From Candidatus Magasanikbacteria bacterium CG_4_10_14_0_2_um_filter_33_14 (lineage in GTDB: Bacteria > Patescibacteriota > Patescibacteriia > Magasanikbacterales > UBA922), in the NCBI GenBank assembly GCA_002793035.1, contig PFPL01000045.1, positions 9,669-73,668 on the forward strand: a DNA stretch of 64,000 nucleotides, in the 5' to 3' direction. Numbering within the stretch: position 1 is the first letter of the stretch; the number at the start of each line of letters is the position of its first letter. The notes below the pieces were generated by a model. It did no database searches. It was not told where the DNA came from and saw only the letters and a list, made by a program, of their open reading frames with translations. This document shows, in pieces, positions 30,438-40,760 of the stretch. A program made the position numbers and the translations under genes.

Positions 30438-30956
30438 TTATTTTGTAAATACAGAGGCACTAAAAGACAAAGAAACAGTTTGTTCAGCTGTTTTTGTCCA
30501 GCTAAGAGAGTCTATAATTAAGTAAAAAGGTAATTGTTCTAAAGTAGATAAATATTGCAAGCAATCGTAAAAGGTACCTCTAATACTAAAGTTTAAAATA
30601 AAACTTTTTTCAGCACCTTCTTGGATGGTTAGGCTCTGTGTTACTTTTTTTTCTATAGCCAAGTCTTCAAGGTTTTGTATAAGATTTATAGCTTCATCTT
30701 TTTCTATAATACTTTGTCTTAGCGGGATTACTTTTTCTTTTATAGTGTCTAATTCAGCTATAGATTTTTTTAGAAGTTTTATTTTTTTATATTGATCTTC
30801 TGATTTTTGTTCTATGTTTTGGATATCATTTTTTAAATTTTTTATTTGTTGTATGGCAGGTAAAATAACAAAAATAATAATAGTTGATGCTAAAAAAACA
30901 ACTATCAAAGTAGAGGTTAGTAGCTGTATTGTAGGGTTCTTTTTTTTGTTTGCCAT
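30438..30956 (-). CDS. pilO: Type IV pilus assembly protein PilO-like
   Basis: TM, coiled coil, GTFYD..QYL..LEQLP; gene order M-N-O. Confidence 0.75.
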   Translation of the reverse strand: MANKKKNPTIQLLTSTLIVVFLASTIIIFVILPAIQQIKNLKNDIQNIEQKSEDQYKKIKLLKKSIAELDTIKEKVIPLRQSIIEKDEAINLIQNLEDLAIEKKVTQSLTIQEGAEKSFILNFSIRGTFYDCLQYLSTLEQLPFYLIIDSLSWTKTAEQTVSLSFSASVFTK

Positions 30957-30957
30957 A

Positions 30958-31485
30958 TTATTTGATTTTAGCATCAATATTAAAGGCGATGTTTTCTTTT
31001 TTTGTTAAATCAGAAACAGGTGAGTTTATATTGGACAAATTTTCATTTTTATTTAATGCTTCTTGAAAATCCAAAAAATTTTGTCTAGTTTCTGCAGTAC
31101 CTGAAAATTTTATAGTTTTATTTTTGTAATCAATATTTAAACTAGTTAGTATTATTCCTGGGGGAGTAGAGGATGCCAAGGAAATAATTGTTGGTGTTAC
31201 AATATGATATTTTGATTGAATATCTACTACCTGTTTAGTGAGATTGTTTATATCAGAAATTTCTTTGGTGGCTGAAGTGTAGTTACTGCTTACGACCACA
31301 GTATTTTGGGCAATATTTGTAAAGTATTTTTCTAATAAATTTTGTGAAAAAAGTAAGGTCATTGCTGCAATACTAATACCAATCAAGATCATTTGGAAAA
31401 GACTTTGTACAAACTTAAATTGAGCCGTGTGGAGGTTCTTTTCTTGTTTTTTTTTGTTTAGTAAATTTAATCTAAGAGGATACAT
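30958..31485 (-). CDS. pilN: Type IV pilus assembly protein PilN-like
   Basis: LNLL PilM-binding motif, TM, P.GI.LTSL and SGTAETR. Confidence 0.8.
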   Translation of the reverse strand: MYPLRLNLLNKKKQEKNLHTAQFKFVQSLFQMILIGISIAAMTLLFSQNLLEKYFTNIAQNTVVVSSNYTSATKEISDINNLTKQVVDIQSKYHIVTPTIISLASSTPPGIILTSLNIDYKNKTIKFSGTAETRQNFLDFQEALNKNENLSNINSPVSDLTKKENIAFNIDAKIK

Positions 31486-31489
31486 ATTT

Positions 31490-32590
31490 TTATATAGAGT
31501 CACTTTTGGTAAAAGGATTGTCTGCTGCTCTGAGAGCTAGTCCAATAGCAACAGAATATTTGATAGATTCTTCATAAGGTATACCTATCATTTTTTTACT
31601 ATTAAGATTTTTCCACATTCTACCTGCTTTGCATTCAATGTTTAGTTCTTTTGATAAAATTTTGTCTAACCCTTTTAAGATTGAGCCTCCTCCACACATA
31701 GTGATATGAGTAATTTTATTCGTTTCAGGGAAATGACTATAATAAAAATAAATATCTTTTTGGATTTGTTCAACAAATTTTTGAGTTTGTCCCATGAGTG
31801 TCAACCAAGCTTTGTTTTTGTTTTTGTATTCCAAACCATTTTCTATTTTTTCTTTCTCGGCTTGTTCATGGGTAAGAGATAATTTTTGGGATAAAGCTGT
31901 TGTGAGTAGTTCTCCAGAATAATTTATAGTAGAACTAAATTGGATTGTTTCATTGTCATAAATTATTATACTACTACGTGTGCCCCCAATGTCTAGTATA
32001 GCTCTAGCTTCGTTTTCATATTTTTTTTCAGCTGTGACCATCGCTCTAGAAATAGCAATTGATTCTAAGTCAATTGCCAATATATTTAATCCTGCCTTTT
32101 CTATTAGGCTTATATAACTATCTGTAATTACTTTTGGTGCTGCCGCTAGGACTACTTTTGTTTTTCCACCTTGAGAAGGTATCGCTTCCCAATCTAGATA
32201 GCGACCATCTTTTTCTTCAAAAGGAATATATTTTTGTGCTTCTATTTCAATATCATCTTGGATTATTTCATCAATATTTTTGTTGATGATAATCAGTTTT
32301 ACAAATGTATGAATCTCTGGCAAATTTATTACTACCCAAGGACTTTTTATTGGTTTTTCTTTTTGATTACTGCCTTTTAATAATTTTTGTATATAGTGTA
32401 TGACCTGTGCTTCTGCCATAATTTCACCGTTTATGATAAGTCCTGGTGGTAGTGAAATGTTTCTGACATTTTTTATATTAAAAGAGGGTTCGCTATTTTC
32501 ATGCGAGACATTTTCTAATTGGACTAATTTGATAGAAAGATCACTGATATCAAGTCCAAAAGCTCCTGGAAAGGGATTAGCACTAAACAT
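31490..32590 (-). CDS. pilM: Type IV pilus assembly protein PilM
   Basis: GLDISDLSIK, ILDIGG, GGGS and AIGLALR (actin-like fold). Confidence 0.92.
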   Translation of the reverse strand: MFSANPFPGAFGLDISDLSIKLVQLENVSHENSEPSFNIKNVRNISLPPGLIINGEIMAEAQVIHYIQKLLKGSNQKEKPIKSPWVVINLPEIHTFVKLIIINKNIDEIIQDDIEIEAQKYIPFEEKDGRYLDWEAIPSQGGKTKVVLAAAPKVITDSYISLIEKAGLNILAIDLESIAISRAMVTAEKKYENEARAILDIGGTRSSIIIYDNETIQFSSTINYSGELLTTALSQKLSLTHEQAEKEKIENGLEYKNKNKAWLTLMGQTQKFVEQIQKDIYFYYSHFPETNKITHITMCGGGSILKGLDKILSKELNIECKAGRMWKNLNSKKMIGIPYEESIKYSVAIGLALRAADNPFTKSDSI

Positions 32591-32592
32591 AA

Positions 32593-33720
32593 TTAAAAAT
32601 TTTGTGTTAGGTTGTACATTGGCATAACGACAGCTACTGCAATACCACCAACACCAAGACCTAATAATAAAATTATGGCTGGTTCAATGATTGTTGAAAA
32701 GTTTTTCATAGTTTTGTCTACTTCATTGGAGTAAAACTTGGAAAGTTCATGTAATAATTTGTCTATTTCACCTGTTTTTTCTCCAACCATAATCATTTCT
32801 GTAACCATTGGTGGAAAAATAGCGTCATACTCTCGTAAACATTGTGACAATGTGATACCTTTTTTAATTTTTTCTGTAGATTCTTTCAATGCTTCTCTAT
32901 ATATTAGATTACTACAAATTTCACTACTAATATCTACTGCTTGTACTATAGGAATGGTACTTTTGAGGAGAGAAGAAAGTGTTAGGGAAAATCTAGCTAA
33001 ATTTATCTGTTTTATTATTTTGCCAGCGATAGGTAAGTTGATATTTATTTTATGAATAAATCTTTTGAAGTTAATAGATTTTTTTAGAGTATAAATATAC
33101 AATGCGAGAAAAGAAGCAATAGATAATAGGACTATTATCATATTGATAGGTTGACTCAAAAAGTCAGTCACGGCGACGAGCACTCTTGTTGGTAGGGGTA
33201 GTTCTGTATCTATGTCTTTGAAAAGTACTGTGATTTTTGGTAAAACGAAAGTTACCATGACAATACCAACTGCTGAAATAGCTATCAAAATTACAATAGG
33301 ATATATCATAGCTCCTTTTATCGTAGAAGTCAGTTCATAATTTTTTTTCATTTGGTTTACTACTTGCCCCAAAGATTCTTCTAGTTTACCAGACAGCTCT
33401 CCTGACGCAATCATTTTTACGTAAATTGGTTGAAATACCTTTGGAAATTCATTTAGTGTTTCACTAAGTTGACTTCCACTTTCTACACCTGCTTTTATAC
33501 TATTTACTACAGATTGCAATTTTTTGTTTTCAATTTCTTTACTTAATACATCTAGACTTTCTAATAGTGATAAGCCTGCACCAAGCATGGTATTTAGGTG
33601 TTCCAAAAAGAAGACTTTATCAATAGCTTTTATTTTTGTAAAATTTTTTATAAAAAAATCATTCATCTTTTTCTCAAAAGCTGACAATTCTTTTTCTTTT
33701 TTCTTTTTCTTAGAAAACAT
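32593..33720 (-). CDS. pilC: Type II/IV secretion platform protein (GspF/PilC)
   Basis: Two T2SSF repeats; GELSGKL, GEKTGEID and IIEP motifs. Confidence 0.93.
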   Translation of the reverse strand: MFSKKKKKEKELSAFEKKMNDFFIKNFTKIKAIDKVFFLEHLNTMLGAGLSLLESLDVLSKEIENKKLQSVVNSIKAGVESGSQLSETLNEFPKVFQPIYVKMIASGELSGKLEESLGQVVNQMKKNYELTSTIKGAMIYPIVILIAISAVGIVMVTFVLPKITVLFKDIDTELPLPTRVLVAVTDFLSQPINMIIVLLSIASFLALYIYTLKKSINFKRFIHKININLPIAGKIIKQINLARFSLTLSSLLKSTIPIVQAVDISSEICSNLIYREALKESTEKIKKGITLSQCLREYDAIFPPMVTEMIMVGEKTGEIDKLLHELSKFYSNEVDKTMKNFSTIIEPAIILLLGLGVGGIAVAVVMPMYNLTQNF

Positions 33721-33818
33721 ATATTCAATAAATTACAAATTTCAAAATCCAAATTATTTTTTTAATAAAACTATTTTATTTTTGATATTTGGATTTTGTT
33801 ATTTAATATTTATTAAAA

Positions 33819-35555
33819 TTATTCTTTTGTTACTCGCAATACTTCTTCTATAGTAGTAGTTCCTTGTTTGGCTTTTATGAGACCATCTTCAAAAAGATTT
33901 ATCATACCGTTGCTTTCTGCATAATTTTTTATATCTTGGGCGGTGCCTCTTTCATTGATCATTTTTGTTAATGGTTCATCTATTACTAATACTTCATAAA
34001 TACCTAGACGACCTTTGTAGCCAGTGTTGCCACACTTACTACAACCTTCACCTCTATAGAACGTCATTTGAGAAATATTGGATGTTATATCTTTGTCCTG
34101 TATATTTTCTGAGGTAAAAAGTTTTCCTAAATTTTGTCCGTGAGTCATCTTTTCTAATTCTTTTATTTCTTCTTTTGATAGCTTGTAATCTTTTTTACAA
34201 TAAGGGCATATTTTTCTTACTAGACGTTGGGCTATAATTATATTGGTAGTAAATCCTACTAAAAAAGGAGGTATATCCATATCTACCAGACGAGGTAGTG
34301 TGGTAGGAGCATCATTGGTATGAAGAGTCGAGAGAACTAAGTGTCCAGTCATAGCCGCGTGGATGGCTACTTCGGCAGTTTCTTTATCACGTATTTCTCC
34401 AACCATAATGACATCTGGATCTTGGCGCAAAAATGCACGTAAACCAGATGCAAAAGTAAATCCTGCTTTTGGATTTATTTGACTTTGATTAATACCGGCG
34501 ACATGGTATTCGATAGGGTCTTCAATAGTACAGATATTTATATTTGGTCTGTTTAAAATTCCTAATACTGAATATAGTGTTGTGGTTTTACCACTACCTG
34601 TTGGACCGGTGACCAAGATCATCCCATGTGGTTTTTTGATAGAGTCTTCAACTAAAACTTTTACTTTTGGTGAGAAACCAAGATTTTCTAGACTTAGAGC
34701 TTTTTGACCTTCGTGCAAAAGACGCATAACTATTTTTTCACCGTCGTATACAGGCATGATGGAAACACGAAAAGACAGTTTTTCATCTCCCAATTTTATT
34801 TTGAAACGACCATCTTGAGGGAGCATGTGCTCATCAATTTTTAGTTCTGACAAAATTTTGATACGTGCTGTGACACCACTTTGTACCAATTTTGGTAAGG
34901 ACATGACTTGTGCTAATAGTCCATCAATACGATAACGTACGATAACTTCTTTTTCTGTTGGTTCAATATGGATATCACTAGCACCTTCTAGCACCGCATG
35001 TTCTAAAATAGAGTTCACGATATTTATGATAGGAAGTTCTTCTGCTATTTTTTTTAGGTTAGCTGGATTGGAAGTATTTTCATCTAAGTCACTATGTAAT
35101 TGCAAAATCACTTTGTCTGTTGAAATATCGGAGTGATATTTTTTTAGAGCATCTTTTATTTGTCCTGGAGTAGATAAGTATACTTTTGGTGTAAGACCTG
35201 TTTTTCTTCTCAAAAATTCTATAGTTTGAATATCATTTGGATCTACCATCGCGACACTAAGTTCATTTTCTGTTTTTTGAAAAGCTACAGTGCCGTGTTC
35301 GTGAGCAAATTCATCTGGGATTAAACTCAAAACATCTTGTCTTATTTCTTTTCCTTTTAGATCTATAAAAGGAGTAGAAAATAGTTGGGCAGCTGCTTGA
35401 TACAGTTCATCTTCTTTTATAATATTTTCAGCAGTAAGATATTCTTCCAGAGAAACTTTTTTTTCTTTGGCTTCTTTTTTGTATTTTTTTAAATTTTTAT
35501 CGTCTATTTTGAAACTATTTTTGAGAAGTGTTTCTAGAATATTTTTGACAAGCAT
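33819..35555 (-). CDS. pilB: GspE/PilB extension ATPase
   Basis: ASDIHIEP, GPTGSGKTT, LRQDPD, TGHLVLSTLHTN and tetra-Cys motif. Confidence 0.96.
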   Translation of the reverse strand: MLVKNILETLLKNSFKIDDKNLKKYKKEAKEKKVSLEEYLTAENIIKEDELYQAAAQLFSTPFIDLKGKEIRQDVLSLIPDEFAHEHGTVAFQKTENELSVAMVDPNDIQTIEFLRRKTGLTPKVYLSTPGQIKDALKKYHSDISTDKVILQLHSDLDENTSNPANLKKIAEELPIINIVNSILEHAVLEGASDIHIEPTEKEVIVRYRIDGLLAQVMSLPKLVQSGVTARIKILSELKIDEHMLPQDGRFKIKLGDEKLSFRVSIMPVYDGEKIVMRLLHEGQKALSLENLGFSPKVKVLVEDSIKKPHGMILVTGPTGSGKTTTLYSVLGILNRPNINICTIEDPIEYHVAGINQSQINPKAGFTFASGLRAFLRQDPDVIMVGEIRDKETAEVAIHAAMTGHLVLSTLHTNDAPTTLPRLVDMDIPPFLVGFTTNIIIAQRLVRKICPYCKKDYKLSKEEIKELEKMTHGQNLGKLFTSENIQDKDITSNISQMTFYRGEGCSKCGNTGYKGRLGIYEVLVIDEPLTKMINERGTAQDIKNYAESNGMINLFEDGLIKAKQGTTTIEEVLRVTKE

Positions 35556-35715
35556 AAAATTTTTTTAGATATTGTAATTATAACATATTTTTTGTAATTA
35601 GGTAACTAGGTCGTAGGTGTGAAAAATAAAACAGAGATACAATTTATATAAAAGGGAGATAATAAAAAAACTAGCTTATGAGCTAGTAGATATTTTTTAA
35701 ATTGTGTGTACCTCT

Positions 35716-35749
35716 CCGTCCCGATCGAATTGACTTCGATCGGGACGGA
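35716..35749. repeat. Palindromic element (copy 1; copy 2 near 38309)
   Basis: tccgtcccgatcgaa-ttgac-ttcgatcgggacgga. Confidence 0.75.
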
Positions 35750-35763
35750 TTGGGGTGGTGCGT

Positions 35764-35916
35764 TCACTTGGGTTCGTCACTATCCTTTTGAGACAGTTTC
35801 TGAAACTCCTCTAATTTCTTTTCCAGTTTCTTGATTCTCTTATTGTCTAGCATTCCTCCTATTCCCAGGAAGATGACAGCTAGCTCGAGTAAGATATGTG
35901 TGAGGGTGTCTGGCAC
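35764..35916 (-). CDS. 50-aa single-TM microprotein with charged coiled-coil tail (below the ORF-track cutoff)
   Basis: AAAGGT SD plus GTG; MPDTLTHILLELAVIFLGIGGMLDNKRIKKLEKKLEEFQKLSQKDSDEPK. Confidence 0.55.
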   Translation of the reverse strand: MPDTLTHILLELAVIFLGIGGMLDNKRIKKLEKKLEEFQKLSQKDSDEPK

Positions 35917-36145
35917 TTTTTACCTTTGCACCCGGGGGGACGTGGGAATCCGGGCGACAGCTGAATTTAGCACATTATTATTATGTCAAGAATTAGAGGT
36001 GAATTTATGGAGTGAAAAAGGTCTGTTTGATTAGTTTCAAAGCTCTTTAAATAAGGCAAACTGACGTTTGCCACTCCTAATTTTTCAAAAAATCTTATTA
36101 ATTAATAAACAAATTAACGAAAAAACCTAAGTTTAGACCTTTTCC

Positions 36146-36174
36146 TTGACAATTTAGGTCTTTTTTGTTATAGT
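36146..36174 (+). promoter_or_regulatory. Promoter of rpsF-ssb-rpsR
   Basis: TTGACA-17 bp-TATAGT. Confidence 0.7.
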
Positions 36175-36313
36175 GTTTTCACCTTTGGTGTTTTGTAAAA
36201 CTTAAAAAATAAGTGTTTTATTTTGAACTTGTTAATAGAAGCTAAAATGTCGAATTTAGCCAAAATTAGCCTTAAAAAAAGACAACATAAAACTTGCAAA
36301 ACAAAAAAAAATT

Positions 36314-36904
36314 ATGAAATATTACGAAATGTTGTGTGTCCTTCCAGGGACAATGACTGAAGAAGAGGTTAAATCTGATGTAGATTTGGTCTCTCAAAGT
36401 GTCGCTAAGTATGAAGCTAGCGATGTTACTATAGAGGATATGGGGAAAAGTCGTTTGGCTTATCCTATAAAACATATTCGCTATGGTTATTTCCAATTGT
36501 ATAGATTCAATTTGGAAGAAGAAAATATCACAAAATTGGAAAAAGAATTACGCCTAATGGACAAAATGTTGCGTATTACTGTTTCTGTTTGTGATCCTAG
36601 TAACACTGTTAGTTATAAATTAGCTTTAGATCCTACTGCTCCTAGTGCTCCACCAAAAGCTGACAAGGAAGACAGACCTAGAACTAATAGAACAAACAGA
36701 ACAGAAGAAAAGAAGGAAGAAAAAACTTCTGATGAGGTAAAAGAAACTGTAGAAGAAAAGAAGGAAGAAGTGAAAGAAGAAGTCGTTGTTGAAAAGACAG
36801 TTGAAAAACCTGTAGAAGAAAAATCTGAAAAAACAAAAATGAGTGTGGAAGATATTGATAAAAAATTGGACGAAATCTTGCAAGATGATATAGATAAGGT
36901 ATAA
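36314..36904 (+). CDS. rpsF: 30S ribosomal protein S6 with long charged C-terminal tail
   Basis: YE...., MGKSRLAYPIK..RYGYF; operon context. Confidence 0.95.
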   Translation: MKYYEMLCVLPGTMTEEEVKSDVDLVSQSVAKYEASDVTIEDMGKSRLAYPIKHIRYGYFQLYRFNLEEENITKLEKELRLMDKMLRITVSVCDPSNTVSYKLALDPTAPSAPPKADKEDRPRTNRTNRTEEKKEEKTSDEVKETVEEKKEEVKEEVVVEKTVEKPVEEKSEKTKMSVEDIDKKLDEILQDDIDKV

Positions 36905-36947
36905 AATAATATTATAGTTAAATTTACTTATCTTTAATTAAAAAAAT

Positions 36948-37388
36948 ATGGACCTAAACAGAGCAACCATTATCGGACGTCTTACCCGAGATCCAGAAGT
37001 AAAGACTACTCCTTCTGGACAAACTGTCGCTAATCTTAGCGCCGCTACCAATCGTGTTTGGACTGATAAATCAGGTGTCAAACAAGAAAAAGTAGAATTC
37101 CATAACATAGTTATTTGGGGAAAGCTAGCTGAAATAGCTGGTCAGTATCTAAGTAAAGGACGTCAAGTTTATCTTGAAGGACGTCTTGAAACTCGTGATT
37201 GGACAGGACAAGATGGTGTCAAAAAATATCGTACAGAGATTGTTGCCGATAATATGATTATGCTTGGTGGTAATAATTCTGGTGCTGGTAAAGGTTCTTT
37301 TGGAAATGATACTTCTGTTTCTAATGACAACACTGATCAAAGTAGTTCAGACAGTGATGAAATCAAAGTAGAAGATATTCCATTCTAA
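36948..37388 (+). CDS. ssb: Single-stranded DNA-binding protein
   Basis: [15 protein letters not shown] and DIPF C-terminus. Confidence 0.98.
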   Translation: MDLNRATIIGRLTRDPEVKTTPSGQTVANLSAATNRVWTDKSGVKQEKVEFHNIVIWGKLAEIAGQYLSKGRQVYLEGRLETRDWTGQDGVKKYRTEIVADNMIMLGGNNSGAGKGSFGNDTSVSNDNTDQSSSDSDEIKVEDIPF

Positions 37389-37401
37389 GACAATTGTTAT
37401 T

Positions 37402-37635
37402 ATGATTAGAAATAATAATCAAACACAAAAAAAAGAAAAACAATGTTTCTTTTGTGTCAATAAAGACAAACATATTGATTACAAAGACAATGAAACTTTG
37501 CGCAGATTTACATCTTCATATATGAAGATCCAACCTCGTAGACGTAGTGGTCTTTGTGCCAAACATCAACGTCAAGTAGCGAAAGCTATCAAGCAAGCTC
37601 GTATTGCTGGACTTCTAGCTTTTGTTCCTAAATAA
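37402..37635 (+). CDS. rpsR: 30S ribosomal protein S18 (Zn-binding type)
   Basis: CFFC, IDYKD and [13 protein letters not shown] motifs. Confidence 0.97.
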   Translation: MIRNNNQTQKKEKQCFFCVNKDKHIDYKDNETLRRFTSSYMKIQPRRRSGLCAKHQRQVAKAIKQARIAGLLAFVPK

Positions 37636-37922
37636 GACACTGATTACACTGATTAGTGAAAGATTACACAGATTATAAAAAACTCTCGAGAATTCGGGAG
37701 TTTTTTGTTTTGAAAAAATTTAATGTTATGGAGTGACAAGTAAAAGCTTGTCACTTATGCACTAGACAAGCTGTCACTTGTCATTTCTTTTTTTGTGGGA
37801 TGGCGGGAAGCGAGCGAGGATTAGCTTGTTGACATTTTTGGTAGATTATGTTAATTTCAAATGTCCTTTTGGACTGTGTTGCCATGAGGTGACATATTAC
37901 ATAAGTTGAAAAAGGGGATAAA

Positions 37923-38291
37923 ATGTCAGAAAATGCAAAAGTAAGTTGGGTAATATTTTTTATTTTTACCATTGGCTTTGGGTCTGGAGGTATTTTCGAT
38001 AACTGTGTGGTACACAGCGAAAACTGCTTCACGGCCAAGGAGGCCAAGGCTTGTGACATCTTCACGCTCGATGGTAAGACTGTCTACACCGTCAGCTGGC
38101 CCTACCCGGAGGATAAGGAGCACAAGTACTGCTCCGTGCCTGACATCATGGTCAGGTGCAAGGGACCTTCTGGAGAGCCGGCCTGTTTTGAGAAGGTGAT
38201 GATAAACGACGATGTCTACAACTTTCCGGAGTGGGGCATCTGCCCTGCAACACCGCCAGCTCCGAAGGCTGAGGCGGAGCCTGGAAGCTGA
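37923..38291 (+). CDS. GC-rich orphan secreted/membrane protein with 7 Cys
   Basis: N-terminal hydrophobic segment, SD aaggggat, TTGACA upstream, 3' palindrome. Confidence 0.65.
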   Translation: MSENAKVSWVIFFIFTIGFGSGGIFDNCVVHSENCFTAKEAKACDIFTLDGKTVYTVSWPYPEDKEHKYCSVPDIMVRCKGPSGEPACFEKVMINDDVYNFPEWGICPATPPAPKAEAEPGS

Positions 38292-38308
38292 CAACACGCG
38301 CTGCCAAA

Positions 38309-38341
38309 CCGTCCCTTTCGAATTATATTCGATCGGGACGG
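38309..38341. repeat. Palindromic element (copy 2)
   Basis: ccgtccctttcgaattatattcgatcgggacgg, near-identical to 35716-35749. Confidence 0.7.
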
Positions 38342-38445
38342 GGTGGCTCATCAAAATATTTTTGAAAATATAAGTTAGTTTAAAAACTAATTTTTTTATT
38401 TAACTATTTTTCCAAAATAAGGTATAATACACAAGAATAAAAATA

Positions 38446-38916
38446 ATGCTTCAAATTTTTTTAGTTATGGAAAATATTGAAAAAAATAATTTACATGAAA
38501 GAGAAAAAAATCCTGAAATTAATAAAGAAAAAGAAATTACACCTGAAGTAAAAGCAGCCGCGACAATGGAGCGTGCTGATATTTTGGTCAAAGAATTAAA
38601 GTCTAGCAAACAACAATTGCAAAATATCATGATAAACATTACTCAAGTTATGCAGGCCATCCAAGCTCTTCGAAAGCAATTGCAACTAGCGGTTAATGAT
38701 GAAAATATTTCTTCTATTGAACAAGATAAAAAAATGATAGAAAAACTGAAGAAAAAAATAGCAGGACATACTGATGAATTAATCAAGATGAAAGAAAATT
38801 TGATAACTGCCCAAACTATTCAATTGAGTGAAGCTGAAGGTGGTGAAATTACAGAAAATATGAAAAATAAAGCAAGAGAAATGGTTGAAAATATTATTGC
38901 TAAAATTTCTTCTTAA
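38446..38916 (+). CDS. Hypothetical coiled-coil protein
   Basis: Heptad-rich helical ORF with host-like codon usage. Confidence 0.75.
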   Translation: MLQIFLVMENIEKNNLHEREKNPEINKEKEITPEVKAAATMERADILVKELKSSKQQLQNIMINITQVMQAIQALRKQLQLAVNDENISSIEQDKKMIEKLKKKIAGHTDELIKMKENLITAQTIQLSEAEGGEITENMKNKAREMVENIIAKISS

Positions 38917-38921
38917 AAAAT

Positions 38922-40745
38922 ATGCAGAGCCTGTCAAAACTCAACAAAAATAAAAAAGCTTTTAGCCTCGTAGAAACTGTGGTGGCTATCGCTATTTTTG
39001 TTATTTTTGCTTTGGGTATTTATGGTAGTATCCAGTATATTTATAAAGTTATTTATAGTTCACGTGTCCAAATTATTGAGACAGCTATTTTAAACGAACA
39101 AATGGAAGTAATTAGAAATATGGATTTCAATGATGTTGGAATTGTTTCTTCGGTTCCTTTGGGTATCTTAAATAGAAATGTTACTGTGACTCGTAATGAC
39201 ATGGATTTTCTCGTTACTAGAAGTATTAGAAATATGGATGATCCGGCAGACGGTCTAATTGAAAATGGTACTGATAGTAATCCAAATGATTACAAATTAG
39301 TTTTTTTAGAAGTGATGTGTGTAAATTGTGCACAGCAAAAACCTCTTTCTATTTCTTCTTATGTGGCTGATTCTTTTCCTGAAAGTACCACCAATGCTGG
39401 AGCACTCTTTGTCAATGTGACAGATTCAAATTATAATCCTATGCAAGGTGCTACTGTTCACATTGTAAGTAATGAACCAAGTATTGATATCGACATGACT
39501 GATACTACAGATAATAATGGACAATTGAAAATATATAGTATCACTTCTTGTTACAAATGTTATGAAATAACAGTGTCTAAATCTGGTTATTTGTCTGATA
39601 GGACTTGGTCTGTTAGTGAATTTACCAGTTCAACTCCAGTAAATGAACATGCTACTGTAAATACTGAGGATGTGACTGATACTTTTTTTCAATTAGATGT
39701 GTCTTCTCAAGTTGATATTCAGACACTTAATCAAGAATGTACACCTGTAGGTAATGTTAGTTTGGATATAAAAGGTGGAGGTATTATTGGAACTGTAGAC
39801 GATGTGTATAGATTGGAAAGTACGATACAAACCGATAGTAATGGCGATTATTCTCTTACAAATTTACATTGGGGAGATTACGATTTTATGGTTAATAATT
39901 TCAATTATCTAGGTTCTATCCCTGCCCAACCTTTGGGTGTGTTGGCTGATTCTACTCAAATTCAAAGTATTATTGTGGCACCAAGTACTGCAAAATCTTT
40001 ATCTATTTTGGTCAAAGATGCTGGTAGTCAGTTGCCAATATCCAATGCCAAAGTGACTTTGACATCAGGGAGCAATGATTATATTAATTATACAGGTCTT
40101 GGTTTTTTGTATCAAAATGATTGGTCAGGTTTGTCTGGACATGAATTTTATGATTTTACTGTTGGTTATTGGTTGGCTAATAATATAGAGTACAATTCTA
40201 GTGAAAATCCTTTTGGTTTGAGATTGTCAGAAGTAAGTTCTGGACTTTATGAAAATTCTGGAACTCTTGAATCTGCTACTTTTGATTTTGGTAGTACAGA
40301 CGTTGATTATATTAATCTTGATTGGCAATATGACCAACCAACAAGTACTACAATTAAGTTTCAAATAGCCACTAGCAATTCTTCGACACCTAGTATTTGG
40401 GATTATTTAGGATCAGATGGTACAGGAGCTACTTATTATGATATTACGACTCAAGATATAAATGATATTCATGATGGTGATCGTTATTTACGTTATAAAG
40501 TATATTTGGACTCAGTAGATGAGGATCCTATTTCTGGTTATTCTCGTTATACTCCTACCGTTTCTGAAGTGGATATTTTTTATGTAAAGATTTGTAGTCT
40601 TCCTGGGCAATCTTATTTTGATACCATTGACCAAAGTTCTGGCAATACTATAAGTATTGAAGCTGATGGTTATGAGATATTAACTATAACGGATGTAGAC
40701 ATTAGTAGTAATATTACTACTTCTACAGAGTTGAATGCTTTATAG
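38922..40745 (+). CDS. Large type IV minor pilin/adhesin with carboxypeptidase-regulatory-like beta domains
   Basis: KKA|FSLVE prepilin motif; repeated GATV....TD.NG segments. Confidence 0.85.
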   Translation: MQSLSKLNKNKKAFSLVETVVAIAIFVIFALGIYGSIQYIYKVIYSSRVQIIETAILNEQMEVIRNMDFNDVGIVSSVPLGILNRNVTVTRNDMDFLVTRSIRNMDDPADGLIENGTDSNPNDYKLVFLEVMCVNCAQQKPLSISSYVADSFPESTTNAGALFVNVTDSNYNPMQGATVHIVSNEPSIDIDMTDTTDNNGQLKIYSITSCYKCYEITVSKSGYLSDRTWSVSEFTSSTPVNEHATVNTEDVTDTFFQLDVSSQVDIQTLNQECTPVGNVSLDIKGGGIIGTVDDVYRLESTIQTDSNGDYSLTNLHWGDYDFMVNNFNYLGSIPAQPLGVLADSTQIQSIIVAPSTAKSLSILVKDAGSQLPISNAKVTLTSGSNDYINYTGLGFLYQNDWSGLSGHEFYDFTVGYWLANNIEYNSSENPFGLRLSEVSSGLYENSGTLESATFDFGSTDVDYINLDWQYDQPTSTTIKFQIATSNSSTPSIWDYLGSDGTGATYYDITTQDINDIHDGDRYLRYKVYLDSVDEDPISGYSRYTPTVSEVDIFYVKICSLPGQSYFDTIDQSSGNTISIEADGYEILTITDVDISSNITTSTELNAL

Positions 40746-40760
40746 TTTAAAATTATTATT

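Noticed and set aside
36180-36313. S6:S18 ribosomal leader RNA
   Set aside because: A hairpin is present, but I cannot see the conserved CCR/anti-SD features.
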